In this document: piece after piece, positions 58,486-64,000 of the stretch
Numbering within the stretch: position 1 is the first letter of the stretch
Layout: each line of letters starts with the position of its first letter
Virus record (IMG/VR): IMGVR_UViG_3300022903_000002
Location: 41,083 to 105,082 of that record
DNA: 64,000 bases
Source of the DNA: a virus
Reading direction: 5' to 3' (one strand)
Made by a program: the position numbers and the translations under genes
Notes under the pieces: generated by a model
Seen by the model: only the letters and a program-made list of their open reading frames with translations
What the model was told of the DNA's origin: nothing
Databases searched by the model: none

Positions 58486-59349
58486 TTACGCGAGCGCAGC
58501 AATGAACTCTGCGCTTTTACTTGGTGTAAGAGCAGCGTCGGTGACGCTGCCCCATGCGAGTCTAAAGCGCTGAACCGCCGTTTTACTCTCCGAGTAGGCA
58601 CTTCCGGACAAATTCTCGGTATGTACCACATCGGGATAGTCTTCATGGTCGAACTCGAAAATGATGAACGGGCCGCCAAGCCCAGCGTGTGCGCCTGCAC
58701 TGTACGGCAGCACTTGAAGGGTGACGTTCTCACGTTGCCCCATTTCCATCAGGTGCCTGAGTTGCGCACGCATAACATCGGTACCGCCAACCTGCTGGCG
58801 TATCGCTGTCTCGCCTAGCACAGCGTGCAATTGTGGCGGATTTATTCGGTCAAGGATGGCGCGGCGTTCACGGCGAGCACGGACGCGCCGTTCGAGATCG
58901 TCGGTCTCCCACGTGTCCGGTGCCGCGAGTCCGTCTGCGAACAGCGCGCGAGCGTAGGCGTCGGTTTGCAGGAGGCCCGGCACGACCTGAGACTGAAATG
59001 ACAGGATCTGGTGTGCTTCGTCTTCTGTGACGGCGAACACGTCATGGAGGACGTCGCCGTATTCCAGCCACCAGCCCGATCGGAATGCCTCGGCAGCGAG
59101 GTCGAGGAGTTCGCGTTGTTGATCGAACGTCAGGTGGTAGCGGTTGAAGAGCGCCTTCATGGTCTCTTGGTCGCTCTGGTGGAGGCCTCTTTCGATGCGG
59201 CTCACGGTTGAGGCGTTGACGTCGATGTCGGCCGCGACCTGCGCAAGGTCCAGTCCGAATTGTTCACGGGTTGCTTTGAGGATCGCGCCGAGACGGCGGG
59301 CCTTAATGGTAGGGGTGTGCCCTCGCGCCATGGCTGTTGAGTCTGTCAT
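58486..59349 (-). CDS. Xre-HTH plus DUF5753 regulator (WhiJ-like)
   Basis: RRLG..L...R, VPGLLQT..YA, R..R...L, AQL.HL, QVLP motifs. Confidence 0.9.
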   Translation of the reverse strand: MTDSTAMARGHTPTIKARRLGAILKATREQFGLDLAQVAADIDVNASTVSRIERGLHQSDQETMKALFNRYHLTFDQQRELLDLAAEAFRSGWWLEYGDVLHDVFAVTEDEAHQILSFQSQVVPGLLQTDAYARALFADGLAAPDTWETDDLERRVRARRERRAILDRINPPQLHAVLGETAIRQQVGGTDVMRAQLRHLMEMGQRENVTLQVLPYSAGAHAGLGGPFIIFEFDHEDYPDVVHTENLSGSAYSESKTAVQRFRLAWGSVTDAALTPSKSAEFIAALA

Positions 59350-59479
59350 GGCGTAGGTGGTTCACCGCGCAGGGTGGCCGGTCCGGGCCAAAAGAATCTT
59401 GCAAGCGGCATGGTGATCTTGCAACCGGCACGGTAATCATGGGAACCGTGACGCAACCGGCATCCACGTTAGGCGCACG

Positions 59480-59710
59480 GTGACGACAGTGATAGAGGTC
59501 GACCCCAAAGACCCGCGGACCGTGCGGGTCGGCGCCACGTTGTGGCGGCTCATGCAAAGCGACACGGGAGCCTGTTATGCGACACGCGGCGGCTTCCTCA
59601 CTGACGACCAGCTCATGTGCGGCTACGAGATGACGCTGGACGCTGACACTCAAGAGGAACTACACGAACGTCTCCTGGCCCAGCCCGACGCGCACACCGC
59701 GGAGGACTGA
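59480..59710 (+). CDS. Small protein divergent from the Xre gene
   Basis: WR...SD.G..YATR ... T.DADT.EEL...L..Q motif. Confidence 0.6.
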   Translation: MTTVIEVDPKDPRTVRVGATLWRLMQSDTGACYATRGGFLTDDQLMCGYEMTLDADTQEELHERLLAQPDAHTAED

Positions 59711-59905
59711 CCCATGGACCGGGACCGCCGGGGGCGGAATGCCCGCAAGGGCGCTTGGCGGTCCCCGTGTGGTAGCACGACGAGACGCTCCGGCCGGTCC
59801 GTCCACGGATCTGTGTGCTGCCACACGAACCCACCCCGCACGGCTCAGGCCTGGCGTGCCCCCCAGGCCGCCACTGTCCAGGGTCGTGCGGGGCCGGGGG
59901 TTACC

Positions 59906-60466
59906 TCAAGCCTTCTTCCGCCGTGTCGGACCTTGCTTCGCGCGGCGGGCGGCCAGTTCCCGAAGCATCAGGACCGCGCCAGCTACCTCTGCCGGCGCGT
60001 AGTCCATATTGCGGAGCATGGTGACTGTCGCGTGCTCGTTGTCGGAGAGCTTGCCGAGACGCTTGATGGCCTGCTCCATGGTGACGCCGGTGTCGACGAC
60101 GACGTCCGCGTGCAGGCGTTGATCGTCGTACTGCTCGACGTGGACGCCCTGTGTTCGTTCGGGGGCTGTGAACTTGACTTGACTCACGTGGAGAACTGGT
60201 TCGGGTAGCTCGCCTGGTTCGGCTAGCCCGGCGAAAACCATCATCTGGCCGAGGCCGTAGCCGAGTGCCTTGCCGATAGCCCGTAGGGCGGGGAGGTCGG
60301 GAACGCGGTCATCGTTGAGGATGCGGGAGATGATCGAAAGAGAGATCCCACTCTTCTTGGCGAGCAGTGTTCGGCCTCCGGCTCGCGGACCGTCGACCTC
60401 GTAACCCTGGCGGAGCATCTCCTCGCGGAGCCATAGCCCGAAGGGCTTTTCTGCTTCGGTGCTCAC
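59906..60466 (-). CDS. Immunity repressor (XRE HTH)
   Basis: FG.WL.....RQGY, LAKKSGIS.S.ISRIL....P....L.AI; divergent from the Cro-like gene. Confidence 0.8.
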   Translation of the reverse strand: MSTEAEKPFGLWLREEMLRQGYEVDGPRAGGRTLLAKKSGISLSIISRILNDDRVPDLPALRAIGKALGYGLGQMMVFAGLAEPGELPEPVLHVSQVKFTAPERTQGVHVEQYDDQRLHADVVVDTGVTMEQAIKRLGKLSDNEHATVTMLRNMDYAPAEVAGAVLMLRELAARRAKQGPTRRKKA

Positions 60467-60644
60467 GGGCAAGCACTCTAACTTGCTTGACAGCATGAAG
60501 TCGATGACTTGCTCACGAGCAAGCTAGGGTTCCCTACCTGCATGTATGGCTCGCCTGCGGATTTACCCAGCTTGTCAGAGGGATCTGCAGGTCAAAAGAT
60601 CTCCGCTGAATCCCTTGCATGCTCGACAGCAAGCAGACTAGCGT
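60460..60644. promoter_or_regulatory. Lysis-lysogeny switch: TGCT-N4-AGCA operators and rightward promoter
   Basis: Operators at 60484, 60510 and 60620 (near match at 60460); TTGCAT-N18-TAGCGT 8 nt before the ATG at 60653. Confidence 0.75.
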
Positions 60645-60652
60645 TACGTGCC

Positions 60653-60907
60653 ATGGAGCAAGTAACGCCTCACGTAGCGCTCCGGCTCAGGGAATTCTCC
60701 AAACTCTGCGGCCGGAAAGGGTGGACCAACCAGGCCCAGCAGGCCAGGGCCCTCCGCCACTCCGAGGCGTACATCAGCCGCCTCGTTCGAGAAAAAACAG
60801 CCCCCACCGCTGCCTTCATCGCAGTCGCGCTTGAGGTTCTGGAATGCCGCTTCGAAGAGGTCTTCGAAGTCACCTCCGAGGCAGCTGAGATGCGGAGGGC
60901 GTCGTGA
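60653..60907 (+). CDS. Cro-like HTH protein
   Basis: QA..ARAL..SEAYISRL......P...FIA......FEEVFEV. Confidence 0.75.
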   Translation: MEQVTPHVALRLREFSKLCGRKGWTNQAQQARALRHSEAYISRLVREKTAPTAAFIAVALEVLECRFEEVFEVTSEAAEMRRAS

Positions 60908-61239
60908 TTCTCGAAGACGGTCCGCTCTACACCCCCGAGCAGGTGAGCGAGAACCAGTGGCTCGGGGACCGGTCTCCTGCCGCAATCCGTCGGGCAGTGA
61001 GCCGCGGTCAGCTTCAGCACACCAAGTCCGGCGGGAAGGTCTGTTTTTCGCGGGCGAACATCCTCGCGAACCAGGCGGCTGGTCTGGAGTTGGCCGATTG
61101 GGACCAGCCGGCCCACATGGTCGCGCCACACCGGAAGCGGCGCACCTCTGATGCTGCGGCAAAGCCGAGCGTGACGGTTCTTCAGCCGCGCCCGAATGCG
61201 GCCCGCCGACGTAGCCGACGTGACCAGGCGGCCTCCTAG
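60904..61239 (+). CDS. Excisionase-like HTH protein
   Basis: LYTPEQV.....S...IRRAV.RG...HTK.GGKV.F. Confidence 0.7.
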   Translation: MILEDGPLYTPEQVSENQWLGDRSPAAIRRAVSRGQLQHTKSGGKVCFSRANILANQAAGLELADWDQPAHMVAPHRKRRTSDAAAKPSVTVLQPRPNAARRRSRRDQAAS

Positions 61240-61370
61240 CCCAAAGCAAAGGCCCCGGGAGGCACCCCGGGGCCGGACCACGAGAACGCAAAGGAGCCAG
61301 GACTCGTGACCACTGACAGACAGGTTAACAGCCGACCGGCCCCCCGCCCGGTTGACGGCAAGGGGGAGAA

Positions 61371-63735
61371 GTGAACGACCGCGACAAAGCCATCCGGGAG
61401 CGGTTCCAGCGTGAGACCGCCAACCACGAGATGACTGTCCTGCAGGACAACGGCCTGTACCGGCACATCCGGTTCGAGCAGCCGGATCAGAGAGGCGACT
61501 GGTTCTCGATCGTCACGTGGCCGCAGAAGATCGTCGTCAACGGCACCGTCGGCACTTATGTGTTCTCACGCATGGAGGACATGTTCGAGTTCATCCGCTC
61601 GTCGTGCCCAACTGGCGTCCCGAACTTCTCCTACTGGGAAGAGAAGGTTGTCGCTGCAAGTGACGGTCCCGTCACCTACTCGATGGACCTGCTGGACAAG
61701 CAGGTCGCCGAGGATTTGGCCGAGGCTGAGAAGGACTGGCCGGGTGTCACCGCGTCGTGGGATGAGAAGGTCAACGGCTTCTTCCCTGAGTACGACACCA
61801 CGAACGAGCATGGCGCCCGGTACGCACTGAACGACTTCAGCTACAAGCCGGAAGACGCTGGTGCGGACGACGAGCCGTTCCAGTTCTACGACACCGGCGA
61901 CTGGGACCTGCGCGACTACGACTGGAAGTACCTCTGGTGCTGCCACGCCCTCTTCTGGGGCATCCGCCAGTACGACCAGCACAAGGCCGCGAGCAAGCCA
62001 GCTGACGCTGGGGCGGTGGCGTAATGGTCGCCGACCTGCCCGCACGCGTCGCCGCGAACGTCCGCGACGGTCACACCTTCGAGAACGACCCGCCGCATGC
62101 CCTGTCCTCCGCATCCCGCTGGACATGCACCACATGCGGTGACGCGGTCCTGGAATCCAGGGGCAACATCTACGGCGGCGCGACGGAGCGGACGTGTGAT
62201 GAGTCCGTCGCGTTCTGGGGGCGGCTGTCATGACGCTCACCGAAGAAACCCTGGAGATCCTCGGGATCAACCTGCCGCGCATGGTCTGCCCGTTCCAGGT
62301 GCAGATCGGCGACCTAGTCCGCATCGACAACGAGCACCTGCCCGTGTTCATCACCGACAGCCACCTCGATGGGGTGGAGCGGGTCCTGGAGTACGTGTCG
62401 GAGATCCGCAAGTCGGACGGTGAGCCGGTGTTCGAGGGCTCGCGGGTGTTCGAGCCGGGCACGCCGATCCTGTTGATGCGTCGCGCAACTAGGGGCGTGG
62501 CCGCATGAAGACCCTCCTGGTTGTCTCCGAGATCCAGGCGCGAGCCGCGGACCTCATCGAGGAGCGCGGACTCCACAAGGGCGACTTCGTTCCCGATGAT
62601 GCCGCAATCGACCTGGCCGCATGCCCGCTGTGCGTGCTCGCCGCGTTCAACGTCGCGGTCGGTGCGCACATCGAAGGCGAACTCAACGAGGACGCGGACC
62701 GGGCAGCGCGAGCGTTCGCGGACTGGCTCGGTGTCGACCCCGGCCGGGATCTGGTCGGGGCGCTCGGAGATGAGTGGAACGACAGGGCCGAGCAGACCCA
62801 GGCGAACGTCGTCCGGCAGCTCCGCCGGTGCAGCACCGAGTTGGCGAGGGCCGGCCGATGACCGACCCCCGAAACAGCCAGGTCGACCGCACCCACGCGC
62901 TCCTCCAACTCCTCGCACGCACCGACCTCCCCACAGTCAGCACCTGGTCCATCGACGAACTCAGCAACCGCCTCGCAGGCCTGATCTACGCCGACTACCG
63001 CGACCGGGACAGCTCACGGCAGCGGGCGAAGGTCGAAGCCTGGGCTGCCTTCCTCGGCACTGACCTCATCGAGACCCGCACCCGGAGCCGAGTCGAGCTC
63101 TCCGCCGAAGGGGTCTTCCACCAAATCCCCGTTCGTATCTGGGCGCTACTGCGCACCGACATCCCCCAGGAGGCCGCCGCATGAGCAGCACCGGTACGAG
63201 GCGCCGCAGACGCGGCCACCACAACACCCCGCCGCCGGCCGAGCCCACCCCGATCGAGGAGCCCACATTGAACCTTCAGGACCCGGACGCCTACATCGCG
63301 TGGCTGGCCACAAACGCCGACGGCTTCCAGCGCAACGGAGAGCAGCTGCGCGAACAGTCCCGTCAGGTGTGGACCGCCGCCGCCGAACACGACCGGAACG
63401 TTCAGACCCTCGACGGTCAGATCAAGGACATGCAGGACCAGCTCAAGGGGCTGGAGGCGAAGCGCGAACAGGAGCGGCAGGCCAAGGAGATGCGGGCCGC
63501 CGAAGCGCAGCAACTCGACGACCGAGCACAGAACTCCGAGAACGCCGCAGCTGACATCCAGTCGTCCATTCCCGTGATCCAGCAGGCGGTGGCCAACGGG
63601 AGCGGCCAGTCGCCAACCACCACAGCGATCGACCTGGACCCAAAAGAGACCGCGCGGATCGACAAGTCACTCGCCGCCATAGACGCCGCCCGCGCGGAGC
63701 TGCCGGCCGACCAGCGCGACGAGGGGGAGCTGTGA
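61371..63735 (+). CDS. Early hypothetical genes (61371-62024, 62024-62233, 62230-62508, 62505-62861 DUF6197-like, 62858-63184, 63181-63735 coiled coil)
   Basis: Coupled ORFs with ATGA overlaps after the Cro and Xis-like genes. Confidence 0.65.
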
Positions 63736-63880
63736 GCGGCTTCCGACGCCTGGTCAAGGGCTGCCGCCACGCCCGCCTGATCTCGCTGAAGCGCGAGTAC
63801 TCGCCCGGCTTCACGCCCCGGCACGCGAAGCCCGCCCCGGTCGAGGGGTCCACGCTCACACCAGAGATGGGACTCGCGGC

Positions 63881-64000
63881 ATGACCGAGATGGATTTCGT
63901 CGACGCCACTCCCGAAGCGGAGAAGGCGCGCATCGCACTGCAGGGCCCGTCCGGCTGCGGGAAGACATGGTCCGCGCTGCGGATCGCCGGCGGTCTCGGC
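63881..64000 (+). CDS. AAA ATPase (Sak4/AAA_24-like), 3' partial
   Basis: KARIALQGPSGCGKTWSAL Walker A motif. Confidence 0.75.
   Translation, partial: MTEMDFVDATPEAEKARIALQGPSGCGKTWSALRIAGGLG

Larger units (their letters stand above)
1..64000. mobile_element. Temperate actinomycete siphovirus genome segment (excised/attP form)
   Basis: Canonical head-tail-lysis gene order, attP next to a tyrosine integrase, and a repressor/Cro switch; no host housekeeping genes seen. Confidence 0.95.

Overview
High-GC actinomycete temperate siphovirus, seen in its excised form: an intact attP (3' half of tRNA-Val(CAC) plus arm repeats, ~54.56-54.80 kb) has phage genes on both sides. The host is probably a filamentous actinomycete (inference from TraB, WhiB, Xre/DUF397 and imiditide-type genes). 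0-23.6 kb (+) holds head, tail and lysis genes. These include a GT-B glycosyltransferase directly after the capsid gene, a -1 frameshifted tail chaperone, a tape measure protein whose CHAP catalytic Cys is interrupted by a LAGLIDADG intein, a GH26-like tail protein and a reverse-strand Phd-like moron. 23.7-54.5 kb is a ~31 kb accessory arm. It carries a sortase-anchored surface protein, a Xer-like recombinase with a dif-like site, and a ~20 kb leftward operon with an AICE/plasmid-type hyphal conjugation module (TraB-like FtsK translocase, Spd-like membrane proteins, clt-like repeats) under its own repressor switch. It also carries two Nudix genes, an orphan iteron/origin-like region, a two-gene imiditide-type RiPP cluster, and a small-gene operon punctuated by two CCA-ending mini-tRNA-like elements. 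54.8-64 kb holds the integrase, GntR, Xre-DUF5753/DUF397, the repressor/Cro switch and the start of the early genes. The best novel-system candidates are (i) a virion-forming integrating phage that also carries a separately regulated conjugation module, (ii) the phage-borne aspartimide RiPP, and (iii) several unannotated RNA devices. All protein calls come from motifs recognised by eye; no database searches were run.
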